Both the position numbers and the translations under genes were made by a program. The notes under the pieces were generated by a model, which was given only the letters and a program-made list of their open reading frames with translations, had not been told where the DNA came from and made no database searches. A DNA stretch of 64,000 nt, from assembly GCA_014905635.1 (NCBI GenBank), contig JABVCE010000008.1:806001-870000 (forward strand), given 5' to 3'. How positions within the stretch are numbered: the first letter of the stretch is position 1; every line of letters starts with the position of its first letter. Below are positions 22,855-35,800 of the stretch, in pieces. The DNA comes from Scenedesmus sp. PABB004 (lineage: Eukaryota).

Positions 22855-23749
22855 CCTGCGCGCGGGGCGTGCGGCGCCAGGTCAGACCAGGTCATGCCAG
22901 GCCGGCGCGGCCGGCCGCCCCGCGCGCGCTTGAGCGACGAGCCTGCCAGCGCCTGGGCGCTGGCTGCCGCACGCTCACTGGTTGATCGCCGCCCGCGAGT
23001 TGCCCGCCGGCGCGGGCTCGGCGTGAGCGGTACAGGCCAGGCAGGCGACCAGGGCGAGCGCCCACGCGCAGGCGTGGGAGCGCGGCATCGCGGCGGCCGA
23101 CGCGCCTGCGGACACCGGCAGCGGCGACGGCGTCGGGCCCTCGCCGCAGCGCTGCGAGCTCGTCGCTGCTCGTAAACGAGTTCCGCATCCACTTTCCGCA
23201 CGCAGTGGCTGCTACGCGAGGCCATTGCGTGAGCCCCTGGCCGCGGTGGCCCCCAACCAACCCAGCGGTGATGTCTGGCGGCGCCGCGCACCGAGCAAGC
23301 GCCGGCGACTGGCGCGGCTCGCCGTGGAGCTCGACGGCAGTACACAGAAGCTATGCACTCGGCAGCGTTCCACGCCGACAGCTATCCACGCGGCGAGCTG
23401 CTCAAACTCCCGCCCCGCCGGCGGCTGTTTCGGCGGTGTGGCGACGAGTTGCGGCCGAGCGGAGCCGCGTGCGCAGGGTCTTCTGGCCGCGGCCGCGCGC
23501 AAGCCTGGGCGCTGCGCCGTCGCTGCGCAGCGGGGTTTTGTGCGCCGCCGCCGCTCGGGCGACCAGCGCGGCTGCCAGCTGCACGCGCTCGCGGGTCGCC
23601 GCGATCAGCCCCCATTTCACCCCCAGCAGCGGCCTGGAGCACCCCCAGCCAGGCCCGCCGCATCCGAACATACCGCCGGCACCAGCACTTGGTGCCGCCC
23701 GCGCGCCGCTTCCGCCGCCGCCGCCGCCGCCGCGGCCGCCCGCCGCCGC

Positions 23750-26700
23750 TCAGTGCTTGAAGTGCCGCACGCCGGTCGTGAGCAGCACGACGCCGTACTT
23801 GTTGCAGCAGTCCACCGCGTCCTGGTCGCGCATGCTGCCGCCGGGGTGCGCGATCGCGGCCACGCCCGCCTGGCAGGCCATCTCCACGCTGTCGCCCCAG
23901 GAGAAGGGGAAGAACGCGTCGCTCGCGAGCACCGCGCCCTTGACCTCGCCGCCCGCCTTCTCCATCGCGATCTGCGTGCTCTTCACGCTGCGCGGCGCCG
24001 CGCGGCGGCGGCGGGGCGGCAAGGGGGCGGGGTGAGGCGTCGGCGAGCGCTGCGACGCGCGCGTGCGCCGGGGGCTCCGCGGCGGCGCCCGCGCCGCGCG
24101 CGCGCGCGGCGGCGGCGGCGCACCGGTTGGGCTGGCCGCTGCCCATGCCGAGCAGCTTGCCGTCCTTGGCGACTGTGATGGCGTTGGACTTGACGTGCTT
24201 CACGCAGCGCCACGCAAACTTGAGGTCTGCGAGCTGCTCCGCCGTGGGCTGCGCCTCGCTGACCACGGTAAAGGTGATCTCCTCAGGCGACAGCTCGTCC
24301 GCGCCCTGCGCGCACCCCCGCGCGTGTGCGGCGCGCGTGAGCGTGCGCGTGAGTGTGAGCGTGCACGTGCGTGGTTAGTTGGGTGGTGGTGGCACTGGTG
24401 GTAGTGGTGGTGGCGCGTTGGGCGCGGGCGGGCGCGCCGCGGTGCCGCCGCCGCGCCTGCATGAGCCACCCGCTCGCGATCTGGCGCAGGCTGCGCCCGC
24501 TCGGCGGTCGCGGCGGGGCCTCGAGGATGCGCAGCGTCTTGGACTTGCCCTTGAGCACCTCGAGGCCCTCGGGCGTGTAGCCGGGCGCGATGACGATCTC
24601 ATAGAACATGCGCGTCTCGCCGTCGCCCGGCGACCTGGCGGGGGCCGCGCGGAGGCACAGGGCGGCGCGCGGAGGCAGAGGGTGGCGGGCGGGCGGGGCG
24701 TGAGCGCGCGCGCGCGGGTCGCCCCGGTGACGTGCGCGTGTGGGTGTGTGGGGCGTGTGGGTGTGTGTGTGCCTCGGGGCCGCCGGCGCGTCCGCGGGCG
24801 GGAGGGCGCCGCGCCGCGGGCCGGCGCCCGAGCCTCCGCCCGCGCGCCGGCGGGGCCGGTGGGCGCGGGCGGGGTGCTTCGCTGTCGGCGCCCAACGGAA
24901 CCAGCAGCTACGGGGTGGGGAGCTGCTGCTTCTTACAAGCGCCGCACGTGTGCCGCTGCCGCTGCCGCTGCCGCCGCGCGGGCGCTGGCCCCGGGCGCGA
25001 GCGGGGGCCGGCGACCAAGCCCACCCACAACCATGCCCGAGCCCAGCCCACGAACGAGCGCCTGAACAAGCCCAGGGCCCACCTGAACTCCCGGATCTCC
25101 TTGGCCAGCTCAGCGTCCACGGGGCGGTTGAACGCGACGATGCCGCCAAACGCGCTCACCGCGTCCGCGCGCACCGCCAGCCTGCGCGCCGCCGCGGCGG
25201 ACCGGGCTGGGGCATGAGCGCGGCGGTGCGGGGCAGGAGGGCCGCCGCCGCCGCAGCTGTCCGCGCGCCGCGCCGCGCCCCCTGCCGTGCGCGCCCCGCC
25301 GTGCCCCCCTGTCCCGCGCCGCGCCTGTACGCCTCCAGCAGGTCGTCCCGCGTCGCGACGCCGCAGGGGTTGGTGTGCTTGACGATCACGCACGTCGGCT
25401 CCTGCGCGTGCCGCGCGACGCCGCGGCGACGCGCGCCGTCGCGCCGCCGCGCGCCGCCCGCGCGCCCCCGCCCCCCCCCCCCCCCCCCCAAACCCTGCGC
25501 CGCGGCCCCTCCCGTGCGCGTGCCTTGAAGTCGCACGCGCACGCGTACGCTGCGTCAGCGTCGAGGTAGTTGTTGTAGCTCATCTCCTTGCCGTGGTGCT
25601 GCACCGCCGCCGCGACGCCGCCCGCGCCCGCCTCGGCGAGCGAGAGGTCGCGGTAAAAGGCGGCCGCCTGGTGCGGGTTCTCGCCGTAGCGCAGCGCCTC
25701 GCCAAGCACCATCGGCACGCACAGCTCCGGCGGCGGGCCGCCGCCGCCGACCTGGCCCCACAGCCACTCGGCGACCTGCGGCGCGGCCGGCGGCGGGCGA
25801 CGCGCGGCGCTCGCACGCGCCCGCTGCGCGCGACCGCAGCGCGCGGCTCCGGGCGCCGGCGCGTGGCGCCGCGCGCCGGCGCGCCTGCGCGTCGTAGCTC
25901 GCGGTGTGCTGGTACGCCTTCCAGGCCATGCGGCGCCTGAAGTCGGCGCTCACGCCGCCGCCCTGGATCTGGTCCAGCAGCTCGGCATAGTCGGCGGGGT
26001 CCACCACGACCGCGACGTCGCCGTGGTTCTTGGCCGCCGCGCGGATCATCGCGGGGCCGCCGATGTCAATGTTCTCGACGCCCTCAGCAAACGGTGGGGC
26101 CGGGCTGCGCGTGACGGTCGCGCGGAAGGGGTACAGGTTGACCACGACCTGCGCGGCCGAGCGCGGCGCGGCGGCGGCATGGCGGGCGGCGGCGGCACGG
26201 CGGACGGCGCGGGGGCGCGGGCGTCTGAGGAGGAGGGAAGGAGTGCGCGCCCGCGGCGGTGCGGGCGGCTGGCGGCGTGCAGCGGCGCGCGGCGCACCAC
26301 GTCGATGGTGCTGATGCCGTGCGCCTCGATGGCGGCCATGTGCTCCGCGTTGCCCCGGATCGCGAGGATGCCGCCGTGCACGCCCGGGTGCAGCGTCTTC
26401 ACGCGCCCTGCGCCGCGGGCGTGGGCCGGCCGGCCGCGCTCGGGCGAGGGCCGCGCGCGCGCGCGGCTGCGCGGCGGCTGCGCGGCGGCTGCACGGCCGC
26501 GCGTGGCAGTCGCGCGCACCGTCGAGCATCTCAGGGAAGCCGGTGAGGTCTTCGACCTTGCGCACGGGCACGCCCGCGGCGTCGATCGCCTTGGCGCTGC
26601 CGCCGGTCGACACGAGCTCGTAGCCCGCGGCCGCGAGGCCCTGCGGCACGCGCGGCGCGCCGCCGGCGCGGGCGTGGGCGCTCGCGGCGCGGGCCAGCGC

Positions 26701-27233
26701 CCGCTGGCGGTGGCCGCGGCGCCGCCCCCGCGTCGCCGCACCTTGGCGAGCTCGTCCAGCCCGGCCTTGTCGCTCACCGACACCAGCGCGCGGCCCTTGG
26801 GCGCGCCGCCTGCGGGGCAGCGGCGGCGGGTGAGCGTGCTGCCGCCGGGGCAGGCGGCCGGGCCGGGGCGCGCGGGCGCGCGCCGCCACGCGCGGCACCT
26901 GCGGCGGCCATCGCTGCCACGCGCCGCGCGCGCACGCCGACGGCGCCGGGGCGGGCCAGGGGGGCCGAGTGGGTCCTGTGGGCGCGGGGGCGGCGGGTCG
27001 GGCCCTGGCCCCGGCCCTGGCTGCGCGGGCCGCCGGCGCGCGAGCCGCCGCTGCTGCCGCCGGCGGCTGGCCGCCGCCGCCGCTCACGGCGCGGCCCCGC
27101 AGGCGCTCCGGGAAGGCGACTGCACGGCGAGAGCGGAGGTGCTGCGCACGGAGCGCGCCGGCAGGGGGCGCACGACCGCGCGCAGCAGGAGGCGGGCAGT
27201 GGGCTGCGCCACGGCGCGGGTGTGGAGCGCCAT
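23750..27233 (-). CDS. purH: Bifunctional AICAR transformylase / IMP cyclohydrolase, plastid-targeted, multi-exon
   Basis: Motifs [89 protein letters not shown] and TGVRHFKH*. Confidence 0.97.
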
Positions 27234-27627
27234 GGTGGGAGCGACGGAGCTTGGGCGGAGAGTGCGTGGCGGGGAGCGCGGCGCGCCGCCTGGAGAGCGA
27301 TCGGCACCACCGGGCAGCAGGATCGTCGCACGCATCAACGTGCAGGAGCACGCCGCGCCGCAACGTGCGCGGCCGCGTGCGGGTGCGATCGCGCCGGCAG
27401 CTTGCAGACCGGACGCGTCGCCGCTGCAGCTCCGCGCTTCCGCGTTGGCGGCGGCGCGAGCGGCGTGGGCGGGACCCGCGCCGGCGCTGCCGCAGCTGCG
27501 CCGGCAGCTCCAGCCGCTCAGCTCCGCAGCTCGCGGGCGGTTGCCAGGGCACACCAGCCCGACGGCCGCGCGCCGCGACGCCCACAACGCAACGCAACTC
27601 CCAACTCGTGCAACGCCTGCGCCGGCC

Positions 27628-28994
27628 TCACAGCGTGAACACGCTGGTCGTGCTGGCCATGGCGTTGTAAACGAGGCTGCCGGCGAGGGGCACAAACTGG
27701 CGCGTCAGCAGCTTGATCGCCTCCTGCGCGGCCATGCCGCCCATCACCGCGGCGACGACGTGCAGCTCCGCCGCGCCCAGCCTGCGGGCGCGGCGCGGCG
27801 CGCGGGCGCGGGCGCGGCTCGGCGCGCGGCGCGACGCGGCGCGCGGCGCGGCACGCCGGGCGTCCCCAGCCGGGCGCCGGCGCGCGGCGCGCCTGCACAT
27901 CTCGACCACGCAGTCGTCCGACACCTGGCCCTGCGTGGGGCTGCCCGCGGTCACCTCCGCGACCAGCGCCGCCGCGAGGCCGCGCAGCAGCGGCACGTCG
28001 TCCTCGAGGCTCGCGTCATACGACCCCGGGTAGCGCCCGTGCGCGGCCGCAAACCTGCGGGGGGCGCACGGGGGCGCCGCCGCGCGGCGGGGCGGGGCGC
28101 GGCGCGTCGGCGCGCGCTCCCTCCCCCCGCAGGCCGCCGCCGCGAGCGGTGCGGTGCGGCGCGCGCGTCGCCCGCCGCGCCTGTCTGCCGCGCGCAGCAG
28201 CACGTAGAGGCTCGCGTTGGCGGCGGTGGCCTCGTCGCCCAGCGCCGCCGCGAGCTGGCCGCCGCGCGCGACCGCGGGGTCGCTGCTGAACTCCTCGGCC
28301 AGCGTGCGGTACCTGCCAGGTCGGCGCGGCGCGGCGGGCGGGTTGCGTGGTCGGCCTGCGCCGCCGCGCCGCGCGGCGGTTGGGCGGCAGCGTGCGCGCG
28401 GGCTGCGGCCGCACCGCACGACCCGGATGTTGCGCGCGTTGCGGCAAAAGTGCTTGACGCCGGCGCTCGGCACGCTGCGCCCGGGGCTGCCCAGGCCGGC
28501 GGTGATCGCTGCCAGGTGCGCCTCCAGCGCGGCGACGTGCGTGTCAGCCTGCTCGCGGTAGATCCGCTGCAGCGACAGGTACAGGCTGCGCGCGGCGGCG
28601 GCGCGGCGGCGCGCCGGCGGCGGCGCGGTCGGCGGGCCGCCCCGGCGCGCGGCGCCAGGCGGCGGACCCAGCGGCGTGGCGCGGTGCTGCGTGGTGCCGG
28701 CGCTCACTCCGTGGTGGAGTGCATGTCCGGGATGCTGCCGTCCAGCGGCAGCAGGCCGCCGCCCTCGGCGGCCACGAAGCGGCGCAGCGCCGCGACGAGC
28801 AGCCAAAAGTCGGGCGCGGCGGGGTCGGGGTTCAGCGCGGCCTCGTCCTCCATGACCGCCCGAACCTCGGACGCTGCCCCGGCGTGCGCGGGCGGGCGGG
28901 CGGGCGGGCGGGCGGGCGGGCGGGCGGGCGGGCGGGCGGGCGGGCGAGCAGGCGAGTGCTCTGTCTTTGGCGAGGCCCGCGGCGGGAGCGCGGC

Positions 28995-29025
<31 letters not shown>

Positions 29026-30613
29026 TCACGAATCGTCGGCGGCGTCCATGCGTGGAACGCTGCCTTCAGCGCCTCGTCAAAGTTCTCCTCCTGGCCGCAG
29101 CGGCGCGGCGGCGCGGCGCGGCGGCGGTGATGGGGGGCCCGCGGCGAGCAGCGCGGCGCGCGCACAAACAAACCGCTCACGTCCAGGGGCAGCCCGTCCT
29201 CTCCCTGCGTGCGGCGCAGGTCGTTAAGGACGGCCTTGAACGCCGAACGCTCCGCCGCGTTGGCCGGCAACCGCCCCCGCGCCGCGCCCGGGCCGAGCGA
29301 CGCGCGCCACGCCGACAGCGCCTGCAGCAGCAGCACCACTGCAGACGGGCGGGGGCACGGCGGAGTCGGCTGGCCGGCCCCTCGCTGCGCCGCGCTGCTC
29401 GTGCAGCCGCCGGCGCCCGTGCAAGCGCCGCCAAGCCCCGTGCGGGCGCCGCACCATACGGCAGGTGCTGATGCGTGTGCTTGTCCACCGTCGACAGGTC
29501 AAACGAGCCCGCCCACTCGACCAGCGCCGGCCAGGGGCAGGTCAGCCTGCGTGGCGTGCGCGCAGCGCGCGTTGGGGGCCCGGGCCGGCAGCTGCGCGCC
29601 GCTGCGGCGGGGGCGGGAGCGCCCGCCGCAGCGCGGCCGGCGTGCGCGCGCGCGCGGGGCACGCACCGCAGGTCGTCCACCTGCGAGTCCGGCTTGGACT
29701 CGATCACCGTGTGCTCGGGCAGGCTCGCCTGCGCGGCGCGGGCGCGGCCGCGTGGCGTGGGGCTGCCGCGCGGCCGCAGCGGGCCCTGCCACGCCCTGCG
29801 CCCGGCCCCATCACACACCCCTCTCACACACCCTCACACACACCCCTCTCACTCACTCACCCGCATGTACCCCATGAGGCCATACGACCGCACCGCCAGC
29901 AGCTTCACGCCCTTGGACCGGCACAGCGTGTCGAGCTTCACCAGCGCCGCCTCGGGCATCTGCGCGCGCGGCGCGGCGCCAGCAGACAGACGACGCACGC
30001 GTTGGCAATGCTGCTGCCGCCGCCGCCGCCGCCACTGCTGCTCCTCCCCGCGCGCGGCCTGCCGCCGCTGCGGCGCGCCCCGCCGCCTCCATGCCGCCGC
30101 CGCCGCCGCCGCGCGTCGCGCCGCCGCGCGCCGCGCCGCCGCGCGCCGCGCCGCCGCGCGCCGCGCCGCCGCGCGCCGCGCCGCGTCTGCCCGCACCTGC
30201 GTGGCGACGACGAGGTCGAAGGCGTCAAGGAAGTCGGGGTTGCGGCTCAGCAGCTCCTCCGGCGCCTCCTCGACGAACGACCCGCGCACGGCGTCGTTGA
30301 GCTCCTGCAGCAGCTCCGCGACGACCGCCGCGCGCGGCGCGCCGAGGCGGCCCGCGTCCACGAGGAAGTTGTTCCCCGTGTCGCGCGCGCCCAGCGCCGC
30401 GCCGTCCACGACGGTGAAGCTCGCGATGCCGCCGAGGACGAGGTTTTTGAGCGTCTCGCTCCCCGTCGGCGAGGCGTTGAGCAGCGCGACGCTCGCCGCC
30501 TCGAGCCGCGCCTGCCCGTCGGCGCCCCAGATGCGGATCTGGCGGTCGTAGCGCTTCGCCTTGGCCGCGTCCACCGCCGGCGACGCGCGCGCGGCGCCGC
30601 TGACGTCCGACAT
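27628..30613 (-). CDS. AXR1: NEDD8/RUB-activating enzyme E1 regulatory subunit (AXR1/NAE1/APPBP1), multi-exon
   Basis: Segments KRYDRQIRIWGADGQARLE, SETLKNLVLGGI, GLLPLDGSIPDMHSTT and ELHVVAAVMGGMAAQEAIKLLTRQFVPL. Confidence 0.95.
28890..28946. repeat. (GGGC)n microsatellite inside an AXR1 intron
   Basis: Run of about 14 GGGC units. Confidence 0.85.
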
Positions 30614-31060
30614 GGGCGGCCGCCGCCGCACACGCGGGCGGGCGCCGCTGCTGCGCGCGCGTGCGCTGCCGCGCGGGCCGCCGCCGCTGCCGCCGCCGGG
30701 CCCGACGGTCGCTGGGCCGCCGCGGTGCGACCGGCCGCGATCGAGGCGCGCGCGGGCGCCGCCCTGCTCGGCAGCAAGCCGGGTCGCGCCCACTGCTGAT
30801 GCCGCGCTTTTGCGGCGCCAGGCGCGCGCGCTGCCGGCGCTGCGAGCGTGAAGCGGGCGCGGGGCGAGCGTGCGAGTGGCCACGAAGGGGCGGGCGGGCC
30901 GCACGCGCCCTGCGGCGGGCGGCGGCGCAGCGCGCCTGCAAAAAGCGCGGAGGTTCGGCTGCAGCCGCGCCGCCGCTGCACTTGTTTACACTGGTTTGCA
31001 CTGGTTTGCACAATTGCAGTGCGCCCCAGAGAGAGGCTGCCGCGGAAGCGCCGCGGCGGT

Positions 31061-31160
31061 GGCAGCACCGCGGTGGCAGCACCGCGGTGGGGCAGCACCG
31101 CGCCGCGGCGGCAGCACCGCGGTGGGGCAGCACCGCGCCGCGGCGGCAGCACCGCGGTGG
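31061..31160. repeat. Minisatellite of six GGCAGCACCGCG-core units, four containing the palindrome CACCGCGGTG
   Basis: Units start at about 31061, 31075, 31091, 31110, 31126 and 31145. Confidence 0.85.
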
Positions 31161-31194
31161 CGTGCCGCGCGGTTCGGTTCAGTGCCGCCGACGT

Positions 31195-32002
31195 TCACTC
31201 TGCGTCGTCCATGTCGGCGTCGCCGTCTTCTTGCTGCTGCTCCTGCTCGCTGGCGTCGCCGGCGCCGTCCGCGTCGGCGTCGGCGTCGGCGCCGCCGGCA
31301 GCGCCTGCAGCCGCGCCCGCCGCGCCCGTGTCGGCCGGCGCGGCCGCGGTGTCGGCGCGCTCCTCCCCGCCGTCGCCCTCCTCCGCTGCCGCCGACTTGC
31401 GCTTGCGCGTCGACTCGGCGCGCTTCGCCGCCTTCTCCTTGGCGCTCGCCTTGTACGCTGCGCAGCGCCAGGGCGCGCCCGGCCGCGCGCGGCGCGAGAT
31501 CGGCGCCCGCCCGAGCGCCGCCGCCGCGGCCGCGGCCCGCCGCCGGTGCAGGCCGCCCGTGCCCGTGCCGCGTGCGCGCGCTGGCGCAGCGCGTGTCCGC
31601 ACCCGCGAGCGCGCCGCGCAGGTCTGGCAGCAGCTCGCCAAAGTCGAGGTCGTCGAGCGCAGCAAAGACGTCGTCCGCGGCCAGCGTCGCGCGCTTCTTC
31701 TCCTTGCACACATCGTTGGCGGCGGAGGTGATGTAGCTCACAAACACCTGCGGGCGGGCGGCGGGCGGCGGCGCTCGGCGGGCAGCGGCGCAGGGCCCGC
31801 GCCACGCGCGCGGCGCCGCTCGCAGCTGGCGCGCTGCTGCGCCCGAGCTCCCGGTCCCTCGCACCTTGGCGGCCTCGCCGAACGCCAGCAGCGCCTCCTT
31901 GTTTAGCCCCACGTCCTTGCCGCCGTCGCTCGCGAGCTTCTCCTTGATGATGCGCTTAATCGCGCCCTTCGGCAGGTCCAGGGCGCCCTCCGCCGACGCC
32001 AT
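31195..32002 (-). CDS. DPB4: Histone-fold protein DPB4/POLE3/CHRAC17 (NF-YB-like), 3 exons
   Basis: LDLPKGAIKRIIK...NKEALLAFGEAAK|VFVSYITSAANDVCKEKKRATLAADDVFAALDDLDF, followed by an acidic tail. Confidence 0.88.
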
Positions 32003-32876
32003 GGCGCCCTGCGGCCGCTGCCCCGGCTGCGTGCGCGCGGGAGCGCTGGGCTGCGTGCGCGCGGGCGCGCTGGGGGCGGCGCTGCTGGTCGAACGGCGCG
32101 GCGCGGCGCCTGGGCTGTCAGCTGTGCCGCTGCACGAGGTGGGCGGCGCGGCGGCAGCGTGGCGAGCGTGTGGGGTGCGGCTGTGCGGCGGGGCGGCGGC
32201 TGCTCAGCAGCAGTGCAGCGGCGCACGGGCGGGCGGCGGCGGTTCGAAGCCGCGGCGGTTCGACGTGGCGCGGCGAACAGCCGCGCCGATCTCCCGCACG
32301 CTCGTTGGATCGTTCGTGCGTTATCAATGCCCCAGGCTGATATCGCGGCGGCGCCCGCGCCCGCGGGCGCGCCGCGCCTGCCTGCAGTGCGTGCCGCCGC
32401 GTGCCCGCCGCGTGCCCGATGAGTGAATTGGTGATTCTCATGCGAAAGCAGACACAGAGGCAACACGGGAGTCTCTGCCTCGCACGCGCCAAGGGGAGTG
32501 AGCGAAACCGGCGCGGATCCCGCGGCGGGCGCGCGTAGCAAGTGCAGCCCCCCTGTGGCGGAGCCCGCGCGGGTCGTTCAAATGCCGCCGGCCGCGCCCG
32601 GCCGGCGCGGCGCGGCCGGCGGCGGCCGTGTTCCTGCCACGCCTCCCCTCCCGTGACCACCCGCGTGCCCAGCAGCCTGGTGCACAAAGGCCAGCCGCGT
32701 GCGGCGACAGGCAAGCAGGGCGAAGGGGCGCGGCGCCAAGCGGCGGCCCCGCCGACGACGAGCGCGCCCCAGCGCCTAGCAGCAAGCAAGAGTCACGCCC
32801 CGCCTGCCCCGCCGCCGGCCGTTGTACAAGCCGCGCCACCGCCTGGGGGTGCGCGGCTCAGCGCGAGCCCGCCTGC

Positions 32877-35800
32877 TCATGCGGGGCCGGCCTCCGGCTG
32901 CGGCGGCAGCTCCCCGCTCGACTTGCTGCGGACGAGCGCCACGCCGCCGCCGGCGCCCAGCGTCGGCAGCGGCCCGCTGTCCGCGAGGTTGCTGAAGCTG
33001 TTGCTGCGCCGACCCTCCCAGTACTGCCCGCCGCCGGGGGCGATGAAGCTGCGCTGCGTCGTGCTGCCCTGCCGGCTGGGCATGTCGCTGCCGCTTGACG
33101 CGACCGCCGCCGAGCCGCCCCAGTCGGGCGCGGCCGCCCACATCGCGAGGTCGTCGTCGGCCTCGCCGCCGCCGTCCCCGCCGCGGGGGCTGCCGCCGCC
33201 GCCGTACGGGTCGCCGCGCCCGCCGTGCTGCCAGCCCGCGGCGCCAGGGTGCTGCGCCGGGAAGCCCGGCCGCGCCATCTGCGGCGCCGGGAAGCCGCCG
33301 CCGGCCACCAGCGCCTGCCGCGCCGCCAGCGACGCGCCCGCCATCGGGAAGCTGCCCCAGCCGGCCTGCGCGTAGCCGGCCTGCGGCGCGTAGCCGCCCG
33401 CCTGCATCGGCGGCGGCGCCGCGAAGCTGGCAGCGCCGCGCGCGCTGGGCGGCCCGCCGCGCCAGCCGGGCTGCTGCGGCGCGTAGCCCGGGCCCTGCAG
33501 CGCCACGCCGCCGGGCCCGTAGGGCCCGCGCGCGAAGCTGCCCCCTGCCTGGCCCATGCGCGCCAGCATCGCCTGCTGCTGCTGCAGCTGCGCCGCCGCC
33601 TGCATCTGGGCCTGCATCTGCGCGTGCTGCTGCATCTGCGCGTGCTGCTGCATCTGCGCGTGCTGCGCTTGCTGCGCCTGCGCCTGTGCCTGTGCCTGCG
33701 CCTGCGCCTGCGCCTGCGCATGCGCCTGCGCATGCGCCTGCGCATGCGCCTGCTGCAGCGCGAGCGCCGCCTGCTGCCCCTGCCACGTGAGGCCCTGCGC
33801 GGCGAGGCCGTGCGGCGTGAGCGCCGCGCTCCCCGCCGGGTGGCCGGGCTCCGCCACCTCGTCGTAGCTGTTGTCGCGCTGCAGCCGGTGTGGCTGGCGG
33901 CCCGCGGCGGCGGCCGCGGCCGCGGCGGCGCTGCCGGTGCTGGACGGCCCCGAGGGGCCGGCGCTGCCGGCGCGCTGCGCCTGCTGGAGCTGGTGGTGCG
34001 CCTTGGCCGACGCCGTGCGGTGCATGGCGCCTGCCGCCGTGGCCGCCGCGACCTGGGCCTCCTGGTTGTCCGACGTGCCGCGCGACAGCGCCGGCCGGCT
34101 CGACAGGCTGCTCGACGCCGAGGGGCTGCTGGGCACGTGGTTGCTGCCGGCGGTGTGCATGCTCGACTGCGGCGACGCGCCCAGCCCCGCGAGCTGCTGC
34201 AGCGTCGCGCCGCCGCCCGGTGCGCCGCCCACGGGCGGCGCGCTCGAGTCGAGCGCCGCCTCCAGCACGGCGCCGCGCTGCGCCTGCGCCTGCGCGCGCG
34301 GGCTGGCCGGCGTGCTGATGCTGGAGCTGCTCGCGCCGCTCGTCGCGGGGCCGAGCCCGCCGCGGTGCGCGCCGGCCGGGAAGCCGGAGCCGCTCGGGCT
34401 CAGCACCGCCACGGGCGGCGGCAGCGACGTCTGCGGCGGCCAGCCCGCCATGTGCTGCTGCGCCGCCGCGGCCGCCTGCTGCTGCTGCTGCTGCTGCTGC
34501 AGCGCCACGTGCGCGGCGTGCGCCTGCTGCTGCTGGTGCTGCTCGTTCAGCAGTGCCTCAATCTCGAGCTGCTGCTGCTGCAGCTCCAGCCGCGCCGCCT
34601 GCACCTGCAGCACCTGGTGCTGCAGCAGCAGCTGGTGCGCCATGCGCGGGTCCGCCGGCCCGCCGCCGCCGGTGCCGCCGCTGTCCCAGCCGACGCTGCT
34701 GGCCACGCTGTTGAAGCTGCGGTTGCGCGCCGCCGACGGCGGGCCGCGCTGGCCCGGCAGCCGCGCCGGGGCGCCGCCGCGGCCGGGCAGCGGCGCGCCG
34801 TAGCCCGCGCCGGGGGAGCGCAGGTCGCCGTAGTACCCCTCCAGCCCCTCGCCGTCGTGGCCGGGGCCGTACTCGCCAAACAGGTTGCCCGAGTGCGCCG
34901 ACGCAAAGCTCGCGTGCGGCGAGGCCTGCGCGCCCAGGTAGAGTGGGTGCGGCACGCCGCCCTCGCCGTCCAGGCCCAGCCCCGTCGCGGCCATGAACGG
35001 CGAGCGCGGGCGCAGCGCGCCCGCGCCGCTCGCGACCGAGCGCGAGGAGCCCGGCTGGTCGCCGCCGCCGTGGTCGCCCGGCTCGCCGCCGTGCTGCGCC
35101 TTGAACGAGACGTTGCGCCGCGGCCGGCCGCCGCGCGCCGCGCCGCCGCCGCCGCCGGCGACGGCGGCCGGCGGCGGCGCCAGCTGCTCGCCGCCCGGCG
35201 CGGCGGCCGAGCCCTGCCGCGCGACCACGCCGCGCGCGCGCGCCGCCACGCTCGGCTGCTCCTGCAGGCCGCCGGCCTCGGCCGCGCCCGCCGGCGGGCC
35301 GCCGGCCTCGCTGAGCTCGGCCTGCAGCGAGCGCGCCGAGCCGGCCGAGTAGTTGGACATGCCGCTGGGGTATTTGGGCAGCGTGCCGGCGGGCCCGCCG
35401 CCGGACAGGGCGAGCGGGCTGTACTGCGCGGGCCCGGCGCTGCGCTGGCCGTGCAGCGCGCCGCCGCCGCCGGGCGCGGCGCCGTGGGCGTAGCCGCCGG
35501 CGACGCTGCCGCCGCGGCTGCCGCCGCTGCCGGGCAGGCCGCCGCTGCCGGGCGCGAGCGCGCCCGACGCGCTCGTCTGCAGCGGCGCGAGGCTGGCCGC
35601 GTACTCCTGCGCGGTCATCGCGCCGCCGGGGCCGCCGCCGCCGCCCCAGGGCGGCAGCGGGCCGCCGCTGTGCTGCGGCATGAGCTGCGGCGCGTAGCCG
35701 CTCAGGTCGCCAGAGTAGGCGCCGGCCTGCTGCGGCATGGGCGGGCCGTCCCACGAGTCGCGCCGCCGCCGGCCGTGGCCTTGCTGCTGCTGCTGCTGCT

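Noticed and set aside
31061..31160. Possible CRISPR-like array
   Set aside because: The units are adjacent or separated by only 2-7 nt, with no unique spacers and no cas genes. It is a minisatellite.
33556..33867. Cys-rich metallothionein-like ORFs (33556-33867, and poly-Cys in 52174-53112)
   Set aside because: They are antisense readings of (GCGCAG)n and (CAG)n Gln/Ala repeats on the coding strand.
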